Shown: positions 24,725-36,986 of the stretch, one piece after another
Numbering within the stretch: position 1 is the first letter of the stretch
Layout of the letters: every line of letters starts with the position of its first letter
NCBI RefSeq assembly: GCF_964213995.1
Contig: NW_027590139.1
Span: 62,001-126,000 of the forward strand
Origin: Mustelus asterias
Lineage: Eukaryota
Length of the DNA stretch: 64,000 nt
Direction: 5' to 3'
The notes under the pieces: generated by a model
Told to the model about the DNA's origin: nothing
Databases searched by the model: none
Seen by the model: the letters and a program-made list of their open reading frames with translations, nothing else
Translations under genes and position numbers: made by a program

Positions 24725-26562
24725 AGCTTAGTTGATAGAAGCTGTGGGGTGGAATCCAACAGACTGCGAGATGAAACAGAGAGCTTTTCTGAGTGAAGGA
24801 GCAGATCAGGTGCAAACTTGAAAAACGAGAAGTTATTCTTCTTCATAAAAAAATAGAAAGAGCAGGATATATTTGATGAGTTGAAAATGTAAATGTTGAT
24901 ATTAAGAATAGAATAGATTCGTTGGTACAAGGAATGCATTCAGCTCGCATGTAGGTGCAGCAGGTAATTGGAAGTGGAATTACATTTTGGTCTTTATTGC
25001 CGGCAGACTGGAGTCCAAGAATAACGAGGTGTTTCTGCTGTTGCACAGGGCTGGTTGGGACCACATGTTGAATATTCTGTGCAGGTGTGATAGTCAAAGG
25101 GACGTGCTTGCATTGGAAACGGTAAAGAGAAGATTCACCAGATTGCTCCCTGGGGTGAGGGAGTTGTCCTGTGATGAAATTCTCTGGAGTTTAGAAGAAT
25201 AAGAGGCGATCTCATTAAACCGACACAGCTCTGAGTAGGTTTGATGGGAGATTGTTTTTTTTCTGCTGGTCGGGGAATCTAACCCACTGTGGAACAGATA
25301 AGGGGCTGATCATTTCGGGCTAAGATAAGGAGAAATTACTTTACTCAAAGGGCTGAGAATCTTTGGCATTCTCTGTACCTGACAGTTATGTACGCCCCAT
25401 CATCGAGTACATTTAAGGTTGGATGAACAAGTTTCTGGTCTCTTGGGGAATTCAGCGATAAGGGGAGATGGTGGAAAAACTGAGTTGTAGCCCAAGATCG
25501 ATTAAGATGGTATTGAATAGCGGAACAATCCCGATGGACTGAGTGGTCTGCTTCTTCTCCTATTATTCATTTTATAATAAAAGCAGAAAGTGCTGTAAGT
25601 TCTCAACAGGGCTTGCAACAAATGTGGAGCAAGATATAGAATTAAGTTTCCGAGTCCAATATGACTCTTTGCAAACCAGTAACTGATTGCGAGTTACAGC
25701 AATTAGCACAGCATCGAGAATGGGAATTGAATGGGATCCAGGCAGTGAAACGCTGAATTTAAACTGCCGCAGGATTTCTGTTGGAAAATTGTTCAGGAAA
25801 GTTGCTGCCAACTGAAAGGGAGGAGGTTTGAGAGCATCCTGCGCCAAATAGACCTCCTCTAACAGACGAGACTGTTTGACAGTGTACATGCTGAGAGCTT
25901 GTTTCCACCGACCCTCTCCCCGCCCTGCCCCCAAATAGACCCCCTCTACCCCCTCATGCTGTTGTATATTTCCAATCGATTAGAAATATGGGATTCACAG
26001 TAACTGGTAGAAATTGATGCTGTAGTTGTAGATATAGAACTGGAATGCAACATCACACCGAGTGAATCCACTGTCTGTTTAAATGCTGATCAGTGAAAAT
26101 TTCAATCATCCTCTGCTGTGCAACACACGGCGACTGAGTCAATAAGCAATAGCCAGTCAAAAAAAGCCTGTACCAGTCAATCTTTCTCGCAACTTTCAAA
26201 CATGTTGTTATTCTCTACCATTTGCCACTGACGTATATCAATAAGTGAACGCAGTTTGTGATGTTAAAAAATGTCTTCACCCCCTCTGGGAACTGAATCA
26301 CATTGATGCACAGAGGAACACACACAGACACCGAGAGTGACAGAGGGCTGACAAGACACAAACACCCATAGATCAATGATGTCACCAACTGGGTTCAGTT
26401 TTGTTCCATTTCTGGCTGGGGTTTTGGTGATTTCTAGCTGATGAACAGAAATGAAGGAATGCGAAGTGAAGCAGGAAAAACAGATGGGAATATTTGAAAG
26501 ATTTTGATTCCATTGAAAGAATAATAATTCTGCAGTCATCGAAAGGAATGAATGCTGAGCAG

Positions 26563-26640
26563 CGCATTGGGTGAGGTTCAAATCTCCGTGAGAAAACAAT
26601 AATTTCAAATCCACCGCCTGAGCCGCTTGGCCACCACTGC
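26563..26640 (-). pseudogene. tRNA-Ser(TGA) pseudogene
   Basis: GCAGTGGTGGCCAAGCGGCTCAGGCGGTGGATTTGAAAT...TTTGAACCTCACCCAATGCG. Confidence 0.6.
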
Positions 26641-26810
26641 AACCGGTGTCAATGTGTTCGTGTCACTCATATTAAATCATTGAATAGTGACAGCAACAAA
26701 AGTTGCTGTAGAGAACCTTCTGTTCTAGAAGGTCACGCTGCACCTTTCATCCCTCCTTTTTCGTTCTTACAGAATGCCATTCGCTGAAAAGACAAACGAG
26801 CTGCACTTTT

Positions 26811-26892
26811 CGGCAGTGGTGGGATTTGAATCCACAGCAATTCAGATATTGAAACTTAAATTTAGTAATTAAGACCATGCGGCTCCGCTAAC
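26811..26892 (-). pseudogene. tRNA-Leu pseudogene
   Basis: 82 nt, GTTAGCGGAGCCGCATGGTC...GTGGATTCAAATCCCACCACTGCCG. Confidence 0.6.
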
Positions 26893-27173
26893 AGTCGAAG
26901 GTAACTATTGCTCAGAATAATACCGGCAATGGGTTAGAATATGATTGAGATTTTGGATAGAACATTTAGCCCCTCAAGCCCCTCACAATATTTTGGAATC
27001 ACAGCCAAGCAGTTGTTTTCCATCTGTTACATTTCCGACTTTTCCAGCTTTGATGAAAGATCCAGCTGGAAGATTAACTTTGTTTCTCTCTCCACGGACG
27101 CTGCCAGATCTGGTTTCATTCAATGCGGAATTCCTTTTCATGGTGTCAGTTCACACAGCAATACAAACGAGTT

Positions 27174-27247
27174 ACCCTCTGGCTGGGGATTGAATCCAGT
27201 CCATAGTGATGAACGTGCCGATTCCAAACCACTTGACCAGCAGTGAA
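27174..27247 (-). pseudogene. tRNA-Glu pseudogene
   Basis: TCACTGCTGGTCAAGTGGTTTGGAATCGGCACGTTCA...TGGATTCAATCCCCAG. Confidence 0.55.
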
Positions 27248-27599
27248 GCTGACAATGACTTCCCCAATCAGCGGATCATCGTCATTTTAGCCATTCTCTT
27301 CCTCCTCTTCCGTCACATTATCGACAGGTTTCTCATTTTAAAAAAATACTCAACTTATTTCCACATTTGTCACCTGCCATCGAGACCATGGCCGTGAAAA
27401 CGATGACTTTGCACCATTGGAACACCCGAGTTCCCCCATCACCAGCTCAATGTTGCCTTGTCTATCATTCCTTGTGTCAAATAATACATCCTCCCTCGTT
27501 TTCTGTGCCGAACCTTACCTTCTGCCCTTTTCAATGAGTGACCCTGACTTCACAACTAGAAAATGCACGAGAAGCCCTTCAGACTAATTAAAATTTGCA

Positions 27600-28435
27600 A
27601 ATGCATGAATAATAGAACTGTTCCCTCAGTCTGCAGTGAAAATGATTTGGAAAAAAAATTCTACCAGTTTCATGCCGTGGGAGGTGAACGCGATAACTGT
27701 CGTGGAAGTATTCCTGTAATTGGCTGAACACTTCTCTGGTGTTGAAACAGAAGGTGCCATTTTGCAGAAGTTCGTGGTGCAAGTGGTCTGGCGTGGAAAC
27801 TAAAATAACAAAAGGATCGTGGGCAGAGCAAATTGTAAAACAAGCTGTAATCTGTTGGTTTGTGGTTAGAGTTTGAAACTTTCACTGCTGTTTTGATTGC
27901 AGGTCAGGAAATGAAGATTTATTGCTCTCTTCCAATGCGTGAGAACAAATATCAGTTATTTCCCGGCAGAACGCACAAATCCCAGTCTCGCCTTGTGTCC
28001 TGTCCTTTCTCAAGTGAAGACCCTGAGCAAATTCAACAGGAAGCCATATTGTCCTTTCTGGGAGACAGACGAGGTTAAGGACAGTTTAAATGGAGCCGGC
28101 CCTTCGCTGCAGCTCATTGTGTTTCTGACTGGAGATGATTTTTGTTTGCTACACATTTCAGGATCATCTGATTCGGTTACGATTTCGTCATGGCCCATCC
28201 CAACTCCACAGGTTTTGATATATTTCAGTATTAATGCAATGGAACGACATGATTAGCACACCTTCCTGTGTGGTAGCGTGGCCGAGCGGTCTAAGGCGCT
28301 GGATTTAGGCTCCAGTCTCTCTCGAGGCGTGGGTTCGAGTCCCACCGCTGCCAGAGTTGATGCAAGTTTTTGTCCTTGGAGCTGAAGTCCAACAGCTCGG
28401 GTTGAACGTCGGAATCTGTGCGGTGTCGTTTTTGA
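27600..28435 (+). repeat. Partial third copy (C) of the tRNA-cluster unit
   Basis: Similar to about 13500-14355 and 22460-23300. A further remnant lies at about 40165-40345. Confidence 0.75.
28272..28353 (+). tRNA. tRNA-Leu(TAG)
   Basis: GGTAGCGTGGCCGAGCGGTCTAAGGCGCTGGATTTAGGCTCCAGTCTCTCTCGAGGCGTGGGTTCGAGTCCCACCGCTGCCA, 82 nt. Confidence 0.92.
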
Positions 28436-28436
28436 C

Positions 28437-29492
28437 AGACGCCCTTGTGAGAACAGGATATTGCGCTTGACTAATCGATCGACAGTTCCGACACGCCACA
28501 GCAAAAACACGCACCGACCTCCTCAGAAGACAAGTACGGGACACAGCCCTCAGAGTGCCCTTCCTCCTCCAGTACGTCCCCAGAGTGCAGAAGCCAAGAC
28601 ATCTTAGGAGTGGAGAAGCTATGACATCTTCTTCGGAGCCGTCAGCGTACAATCGATGAAGACGAATATCACGCGAAGGCCTTCCCCACGCCCCCTACTT
28701 GCCTTCAAAAAACAGAGCAACCTTAAACAGACCATTGTTCGCAGAAAACTACCCAGCCTTCAAGAGAACAGCGACCACGACACCACACAACCCTGCCACA
28801 GCAACCTCTGCAAGATGTGTTGGATCATCGACCCGGATGCCACCATCACACGTGAGAACAGAATCCACCAGCTGGACGATACATACACATGCAACTCGGC
28901 CAACGTTGTCTACCTCATACGCTGCAGGAAAGGATATCCTGAAGCATGGTACATCGCCGAGACCATGCAGACGCTACGACAACAGATGAATGGACACCGC
29001 TCGACAATCACCCGGTAAGAGTATTCCCTTCCTGTCGGGGAACACTTAAGCAGTCAAGGACATTCAACCACCGATCTTCGGGTAAGCGGTCTCCAAGGCG
29101 GCCTTCAAGACGCACGACAACGCAGAATCGCTGAGCAGAAACTGACAGCCAAATTCCATACATGAGAACGGCCTCAACCGGGACCTTGCGTTCATGTCAC
29201 ACGACTTGTAACCCCCACCATTTGACCTGGTCTTGCAATACCCTACCAACTGGCCTGGCGTGAGCCAATTCACACTGCTTTAACCTTTCATTGTCCCCCT
29301 CTCCACTCGCATTGTCTGTACCTGTAAAGACTTGATTCGCTGTTAAGACACGCATTCCAACCATTATCTTGCAATTGAGTCTGTGTCTTTCTATGCCCTG
29401 TTTCTAAACCCAACTCTCCACTCACCTGATGAAGGAGCAGTACTCCGAAAGCTCATGCGACCACGTAAACTGATTGGACTTTAACCTAGTGT
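28437..29492 (+). mobile_element. Penelope-like element 3' fragment (GIY-YIG endonuclease, pLTR)
   Basis: TCNSANVVYLIRC..WYIAET..LRQQMNGHR motif, with a terminal hammerhead-like motif at 29423-29457. Confidence 0.85.
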
Positions 29493-31330
29493 TTCTACAC
29501 CCTCTATATTCTTCAAGGATCCATTTGATCCCAGCTGCCGGTGTATGACATTTATCTCATTCTTCTTCTTGACCAGGGCCTCAATATCGCCAGTTATCCA
29601 GCATTCCCTCGTTCTACCAGCCTTGCCCTTCACGCTAAGAGGAATGTGCTTGTCCTGATACCTGGTTAACAGACTGTTGAAAGCCTCCCACTTACCAGAC
29701 GCCTCTTTGCCTGCCAGCAAATTCCCCACTTAACTTTTGAAAGTTCCTGTCTGATAACATTAATATTGGCCTTGTCCCAATTTAGAATTTTAACTTTTGG
29801 GCCAGACCTATTGTTCTCCATAGCTCTCTTAAAACTAATGGAATTATGGTCACTCGTCCCAAAGTGACCCCTAACTCTCCTTGTGTCACCTGCTCTTCCT
29901 TTTTTCCCAAGAGGAGATCAAGTTTCTCCCCCTCTTTCGTCGGAACATTCACATACTGAATGAGATGTTCCTCCTGAATAAACTCGAAATGAAGGCAACA
30001 TCGCCAAATTTGCAGATGACTCAAAAATAGGCGGGACAGTAAGTTGCAAGGAGGAAATAAGAAACTTACTAATGAAAAAAGTAGGTTAGGAGAGTGGGTG
30101 AAAATGTGGCAGCTGGAGTTTAAGGTGAATAAGTGTGAAATCATGCATTTTGATCAGAAAAATGGGAAGACGACTTATTATCTAAATGGAGAGAGACTTT
30201 GGGATACTCCGGTGCAGAGGGATCTGGGTGTCTTCGTTCATGAGTCACAGGAATCTGCCATGCTGACAGCAGACAAATAAAGCGAGAGGAATGTTGGCAG
30301 TTGTAGCTAAAGGCATAGAATATAAAGACAAGGAAGTATTGCTGCAACTACACAAGGTATTGGTGAGGCCGCGCCTGAAGTATTGTACGCAGTTTTGTTC
30401 CGCTTATTTGAGGAAAGATGTCGTGGCATTGGAGGCAGTTCAGAGGAGGTTCACAAGATTGATTCCAGAGATGAAGTGTTTGTCGCATGCAGAGAGATTG
30501 AACAGTTTAGGCCTATACTCTCTGGAATTGAGAAGAATGAGGGGAGATCAAATTGAGGTGTACAAGATGATAAAAGGCATGGATAAGGTAGACGTGGAAC
30601 GAATGCTTCGGCTGTTGGGGCATTCTAAGACGAGATGTCATGGACTTAGGATGAGGGGTAGCAAATTTAAACTGAGTTGAGGAGGAACTACTTCTCCCAA
30701 AGGGTTTTGAACCTGTGGACTTCGCTAACCCAAAGTGCAGTGGATGCTGGGACAGTGAGTAAATTTAAGGAGGAATGAGACAGATGTTTAATTGGTTGAA
30801 GGGTTCTGGGGAGAAGGCAGGAAAATGCGGATGAGGACCATATCCTCCATGATTGAATGGCGGAGTGGATTCGATGGGCCGAATGGCCTAATTCTGCTCC
30901 GATATCTTGTGACCTCTTATGGCAGGGAGCAGACGGTGATGGTTGTGACAGGTTTTCAGAGTGGAAGAGTATGTCTCCTGAGGGCCCCAAGGGATCAGTG
31001 TTCTTGCATCTGCGGTTTGCATGAGTGATTTCGATTTGAATGTTCGAGGCTTGAGCAATAAATTAGCATTTGATACAAACATTTGCGAGGTGGTAGATAG
31101 GGCGCAGGTAATCTTGGTTCACAGAAGGATATCGATGACCTGGTCAGATAGGCTGGTCTATTGCCAATGGAATTCGATCCGGATCAGTGTGAGGTGATGT
31201 GCTCCGGCAGGGCAAACAAGGCAAGGGAATATATGATAAACGCAGGACCCTGGGAATCTCAGAGGGGCATTGGTGAGCATGTATAGCGGTCCCTGAATGT
31301 CGCACGACAGGTGGATAAAACGGGTAATTG
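29493..31330. mobile_element. Nested CR1 fragments (minus 29493-29980; plus 29990-30920 and 30920-31330)
   Basis: ORF pieces WQLEFKVNKC, VRPRLKYC and RGDQIEVYK, plus CR1 3'UTR sequence. Confidence 0.8.
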
Positions 31331-31814
31331 AATGAAAGAGGTCAAACTATGTGTGTGTCCTCATTTGGAGCTGGTGGCCATGTTCCTGGATCGATGTTGT
31401 AATGGTGAGCACTCTGAATGCGTTGATCCGAGCTTAAATCTCGATGGAACCTTGCCTTCCTTTACCGAAGCCGATAATGATTTTGCTGAAGGGACTTTTA
31501 TTTAAAATTCCCAGAAAGTCGGAATCTAAACACAGGTAATTTCGGCAAATTCCACAGCAATCACTTTGCAGATGATACAACGAATGACGTCATTGCATCA
31601 GGCCCAGAGGACGGTTGCTCCAGAATAAAAAGCGCTGAGAGGCAGAAAAGCCACAGCGGACAGGGGTCCACCTACGGGTGCCATTCAGTCACCCACCTGT
31701 CCCAATTTAAACAATTGTCCGGATGGCGAATGTCCAGAGTGTGAAACGTTACACCATGGAACCGACAGCACTCTGATATAAGACACTCTGGTCTCCCAAA
31801 ACGCACCTATGCAC

Positions 31815-31872
31815 AGGCACACAAACACAAACACACACACACACACACGCACACACACACAGAGAGAGAGAG
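31815..31872. repeat. (CA)n(GA)n microsatellite
   Basis: Direct reading. Confidence 0.9.
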
Positions 31873-32123
31873 AAACTCACACAATTGATCAATAATTGCC
31901 GGACTCCAGCCCAATGGTTGTGGTTGTGTGACACCAACTGCCCCTTTCTTTCAACAAAAGAATTAAAGAGTCGCGAAAAGATGAAAAAAAAACACTGATG
32001 TTGCAGGCATCTGTCGCCAGAGGCTCAGCAGTGTGCATTGTAATAGCAGCTGAACAGGCTGACAAAATTGTCGTCCGCATTCCTGCTTTGTGAGAAATTT
32101 AAACGAAATGTCCATCAACAAAT

Positions 32124-32462
32124 GGGGCGGCACGGTAGCACAGTGGTTAGCAATGCTGCTTCACAGCTCCAGAGACCTGGGTTCGATTCCCGGCTTGGGT
32201 CACTGTCTGTGTGGAGTTTACACATTCTCCTCGTGTCTGCGTGGATTTCCTACGGGTAGTCTGGTTTCCTCCCACATTCCAAAGATATGCGGGTTAGGTT
32301 GATTGGCAATGCTAAAATTGCCCTTAGTGTCGCGCGATGCGTAGGATAGAGGGATTAGTGGGTAAATATGTAGGGATGTGGGGGTAGGGCCTGGGTGGGA
32401 TTGTGGTCGGTGCAGACTCGATAGGCCAAATGGCCTCTTTCTGTGCTTGTTGGGTTTCTAAG
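32124..32462 (+). mobile_element. HE1-type V-SINE
   Basis: tRNA-like head (A and B boxes), V-domain TGTGTGGAGTTT.CACATTCTCC.CGTGTCTGCGTGG, and a CR1-like tail. Confidence 0.85.
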
Positions 32463-32659
32463 ATTCAAATCAATCCTCAGCAACGTCAAAGAAAAGCAAG
32501 GATCAGTCTGGTTCAGAGTGCTCACCATTGGACCAGAGAACCTCCAACATTGGAGCCGGCTGCAAATGGCCGCTTAAAGGATTTGACCTTCCTGCTGTTG
32601 CTGCCACATTGAATGAAAGGGGTCACGTGCTTTGAGTGACCACTTGCAGCTGGCTTCTG

Positions 32660-32731
32660 GGTTCTGTGTTGTAATGGCCAGAACTCTGGACTCTGAATCC
32701 AGCGATTCAAGTTTAGATCTTGGTGGGATCT
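32660..32731 (+). pseudogene. tRNA-Gln(CTG) pseudogene
   Basis: GGTTCTGTGTTGTAATGGCCAGAACTCTGGACTCTGAATCCAGCGATTCAAGTTTAGATCTTGGTGGGATCT; the B box is mutated. Confidence 0.75.
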
Positions 32732-32929
32732 TGCTTTTCTTTGCTGAAGCCGCTGATTGTTTTTACTCAAGGGCATTTTAATCAAAATCCTCAGAACGTG
32801 GTACACTGAGAGAAATTCACCAAATTCCACCATAATCACGTTGCAGACGATGCAGCGAATAACTCTCCTGGCGTCATTGCATCAGCCCCAGAGGACGATT
32901 GCTCAGAATACCAAGAGCTCAGTGGCAGA

Positions 32930-33237
32930 AACATAGATAGCCTTACAGTACAGAAGGAAGCTATTCGGCCCATCAAGTCTGCACCAACAACAATCCCACA
33001 CAGGCCCTATCCCCGTAACTCCACATATGTTCCCTGTTTGCTCCCTGCCACTGCGGGCAATGCAACATGGTCAATCAACCTAACCCGCACACCTTTGCAT
33101 TGTGCGCTGGGAGCTCGGTTTCTCTCCACACACGCAGACACGGGGGGAATGTGCAAACTCCACACAGACAGTGACCCGTATTGAATTCTGCACCAATGCG
33201 CTGTGAGCCAGCAATGCTACCTAATGTGCCACAGTGT
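32930..33237 (-). mobile_element. V-SINE
   Basis: Reverse complement of the 32124 element. Confidence 0.8.
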
Positions 33238-34309
33238 CAGAAAAGACACAGAGGGCAGGGAGTCTCCCTACCGATGTCACCCACTGAGTTATCGTTCACA
33301 ATTTAAACAAATATTAGGGCGATGAGAGTCGTGGTTCCTGTGGATTGAAGGAAACCATCGGTTAGGTTTTTGGAGTCGGACAGAGAAAGGACATGTCCCC
33401 TTTTCTTTGTTTTTTGCCATTTTGCTTTCAGCCCACGTCCAATCCTTGATGCCCCTTGTGATCCCTTGCCCTTATATTTTGGCTTATTGTATTCTTGTCT
33501 CCTGGACCTTTTCCTTTTTTAAAAATGAATATGATTACTCTTGTTAGTTGTGAATGGCGACGCCGACAAAGTGTTTAAAATAACGCAGTCAAATGCAATT
33601 AAAATCTCGTGTGACTGGAATTAAGATGGGGTTGTGGGGGGAGAGGAGGAAGACAGAGTGATGGTCGAGTTCTGCCGTATTTTAGGTGGTTGGGGGGAGG
33701 TAGTTGTTGAGGTCGTGTGTGTTGGGGGAGGGGACGGTGAGTTTGGGGTTTCTGTGTTTCTGTGGGTTTGGCGTAAATCTTAAGGTAATGTGTGCGCTGG
33801 AGAGTTTTTTGTGGCTTTCCTGGCTGGGGAGGTTTTGTGTCTGTTGCTGAGTGAGACTCTGCTTTTTGCTTTCTGGGCAGACGGACGGGGGGGGGGTGGG
33901 GGGGGGTGGTTTGGTGGTAGCAGCTGGGCTTCTGAGGGCAGCTCAGGAGGTTGTGGGGGGAATTCTTGGGGCTTTCCTGATCAGAAAATTGGTGGTTATG
34001 TTGTGGTTTGAAGGGTGGTTTGTTGTCTTCCCATGCCTTGACACTTTCGCCTCCCGTGTGTGTCTCCAAGGGTGGACGGGGTGAGGGGGCTCCCGGACCA
34101 CTTGGGATGGAGTGACCTTTTATTTCTGAGTGTTTTATGTTGTGGTGGGCAGGATGGTGTTGTGTGGATTCGGGTGGTATGTGTCGGATTGGTGTGGAGG
34201 CATTGGTTGGCGGAGCGAGGGAGTCTAGGGGCATCCTCGTTTATTTGGGTGGTTTATGGGTTTGTCATGAGGCAAGAACGTTTGGCAGTCCAAAAATTAC
34301 TTCTGTGAC

Positions 34310-34572
34310 CGTTTATTTATTTTAATTAGTGTCCCAATAGGCTTACATTAACGATGCAATTAAGTTACTGTGAACGGGTACACTGAGGGAGAATTTATCA
34401 CGGACAATCCACATAACATACACATCTTTGGAGTGTGGGAGGAAACCGGAGCACCTGGAGGAAACTCACGCAGACACGGGGAGAACGTGCAAACTCTGCT
34501 TAATGGTCCAAGTCAAGCCGGGTCTCTGACGCCGTGAGACAGCACTGCTTACCACTGTGCCACCGTCCGGGC
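34310..34572 (-). mobile_element. V-SINE
   Basis: V-domain and tRNA head on the minus strand. Confidence 0.75.
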
Positions 34573-34611
34573 CCATAAATTAATGATTTCACATGTATTT
34601 TATTATTTTAA

Positions 34612-34856
34612 AGTCTCAGAGGGATGTTTTTTACACAGAGGGTGGTGGGGGCCTGGAATGCGCTGCCAAGTAGGGTGGTGGAGGCAGGCACGCTGACATC
34701 GTTCAAGACTTACCTGGATAGTCACATGAGCAGCCTGGGAATGGAGGGATACAAACGATTGGTCCAGTTGGACCAGGGAGCGGCGCAGGCTTGGAGGGCC
34801 GAGGGGCCTGTTTCCTGTGCTGTACTGTTCTTTGTACTTTGTTCTTTGTTCTTTGA
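34612..34856 (+). mobile_element. CR1 3' end
   Basis: FFTQRVVGAWNALP and a (TTCTTTG)n tail. Confidence 0.85.
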
Positions 34857-35497
34857 TCCAGTGGGTTAGTTGTTGCCCTTCTTCGGAGACTTTCATTTGT
34901 CAGTTATTGTCTGTTACTCTGTGACCAGGGTTCGTTCCATTGTTCAAGGTGATTCAAAGAATATAGACATTCGCATGTTTAAGGGAGAGCCCGTTTGTTA
35001 GTTGGGACAAGCTATCCTGTGTCCAGGTTTGTCCTATTGATTCGGGTGATTGAATACTTAATGATTGATATTTTTCCGAGATCTGCCCGTGGATTGTACA
35101 GAGTCGCCATGTGGCCATTGTGTCCTGCATTTTATATCTTACTGGAAAGAAATACAGATTTATATTTTGTTTTAGTGGTTTACACTTCGCCGAGTCGATT
35201 ATTTCTACCGTTCTTTTAGGTCCCTATGTGTTTTGGATTAGCCCCATTGATTAAGGTGAACGTATGTCAATCCGCGGACCGTGTCCAGGGCACGATCCGA
35301 GAGTCTTTATTTTTGTGTGGATGTGGAAAGTTCACTCACCCGAGGGCTGTAGGGTGTCAAGACCAGGTCCAGCTGAGGTCCATTTAGCTCCCATTCGTCC
35401 CACTTCCAAGGCTGGCTGTGGATGGTGTCTGGCCATTCTTACCTTTCCTCCCCAGTAGAGACCCAACTGGGGTTTAATCTTGCTTATTTAGCTTGCA

Positions 35498-35538
35498 TCC
35501 CGACCGGTTTCGCAGCTTCCTTACGCTTCATCAAGGGA
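35498..35538 (-). ncRNA. Minimal type I hammerhead ribozyme motif
   Basis: UCCC-UUGAUGA-A-GCG(UAAGGAAGC)UGC-GAAA-CCGG-UC^GGGA. Stem I is UCCC/GGGA and stem III is palindromic. Confidence 0.65.
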
Positions 35539-36582
35539 AGGGAGAGTTGTTCTCACTGTCCTTCGTGTGCTTTTCGTGGCCTTTTGGGATAGTGTGTCGT
35601 CCAGCAATTTTGGGGCGAGTGAGTGTTCTGTGTTCAGCTCGTGTTCCGTGCTACCTTTGCGGGTAATGGAAGTTTCCCCTCTCTACCTGTCCTGCATATG
35701 GGCTTAAATAGCGCCAATTCTTGTCCTGGAGTGACAGGAAGCTGTTGAAACGCATTGGTTCTCTGTGGGTTTTGAATTCACCCCCTCCCAATCATTGACT
35801 GACAGGGAAACGGTGTGCTGTGTTCTCAGTTTTGTGTTCCCTCAATCTATGGTTCTGTGGTTAGGGCGGGTTGAGGATGTTTTTTTTGCTTGGATGGGCG
35901 GGTGTTTGTTTTTTTGGTTCTGCTTTCGAATCTCTGTTGTCCCCTTATGCCCTGTGTGGTAACCTCTTTTAATGTTTTGGTTCCTGGTTCAGTCCTTGCG
36001 TTGCATTCCTGGTATTTGTGGGGGAGGGATATTCCTTTTTTCCCCTGTGATATTTTGTGCCAGTGGTGGGCTCTTGGTCTCTTTTTGGAGGCTTTGGCAG
36101 TGTCTGACAATCAATAAGTCTTCAAGTGTGGCTGCCTCTCGTCCTTGTATATGGTCTGGTCAGGAGCGTGGAGGGTAAGGGAGAGAAGCTTCTTCCTGGT
36201 TTTTCTTATTGATTCGTGAGGGGGAAAGTGGGAGGGTCGAGGTGAACCAAGCAGAGGGTTGGTGGGACATCTTTTGTAATGGTGTTGGGCTTGGGTAGTG
36301 GGGTTTTATTTGTGGGGCAAGGAGTCTTTTTGATGGTTTTGGGTACGTGTAGTGTTGTGGGGGGGGGGCGTGGGGTGGGTGCTTCGTATCATCTGGGTGG
36401 TGTTGTGTTCTGGGGGATGCAATGAATCTTTTTGTCTGTAGCTTAGGGAGAGATTATTCTCTGTCGACGAGACTATTTGCTTTTTAAGTGGTGGAATATT
36501 TTCTTTGTTTCATTTTGGATTCTTTCCTTTCCCCTTTTTAAAGTCCGTATTCTTGTTTTTTTTATTGGCTTTATGTCACCGA

Positions 36583-36672
36583 GGGTTAGGGTTAATGTTA
36601 GGTTTCGGGTTAGTTAGTTATTTCGGGTTGGGGTTAGTTTTAGTGTCAAGGTTAGAGTTAGGGTTCGGGTTA
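36583..36672 (+). repeat. Degenerate (GGGTTA)n telomere-like hexamer tract
   Basis: gggtta gggtta atgtta ggtttc gggtta ... gagtta gggttc gggtta. Confidence 0.7.
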
Positions 36673-36916
36673 CAATGTGCAAACTCCACACAGACAGTGA
36701 CCGGAGACCAGAATTGGACCCGGGTCCCTGGCGCTGTGAGGCAACAGGGCTAACCATTGTGTCACCTTGCCGTTGTTGCAATAATCTCTTTGTTCTTTTA
36801 AATTTAATTAATGCGAAAGATCAAGCAACCTAATTATCTCCCTGGAGCATGACATCGCGTATAAATGTGACAATTTTTCAATGTAGTGCAGACCGCGATC
36901 AGCGCTTCTGGGAGAA

Positions 36917-36986
36917 ATGCATGGAATACCAGAAGGTCTGGTGTTTGCCATTTATTATCCAGTCATAGCAGCTATCGGAGTTTCAG
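36917..36986 (+). CDS. GPR139/GPR142-like class A GPCR, exon 1
   Basis: MHGIPEGLVFAIYYPVIAAIGVS plus 1 nt, then donor gtaaaa. TATAAAT lies at about 36860. Confidence 0.85.

Larger units (their letters stand above)
19838..25560 (+). repeat. tRNA-cluster segmental duplication, copy B
   Basis: Collinear with 10870-16130, plus one extra CR1 insertion. Confidence 0.9.

Noticed and set aside
33599-34234. 211-aa Pro/His/Gln-rich ORF
   Set aside because: It arises from C/A-rich composition and has no recognisable domain.
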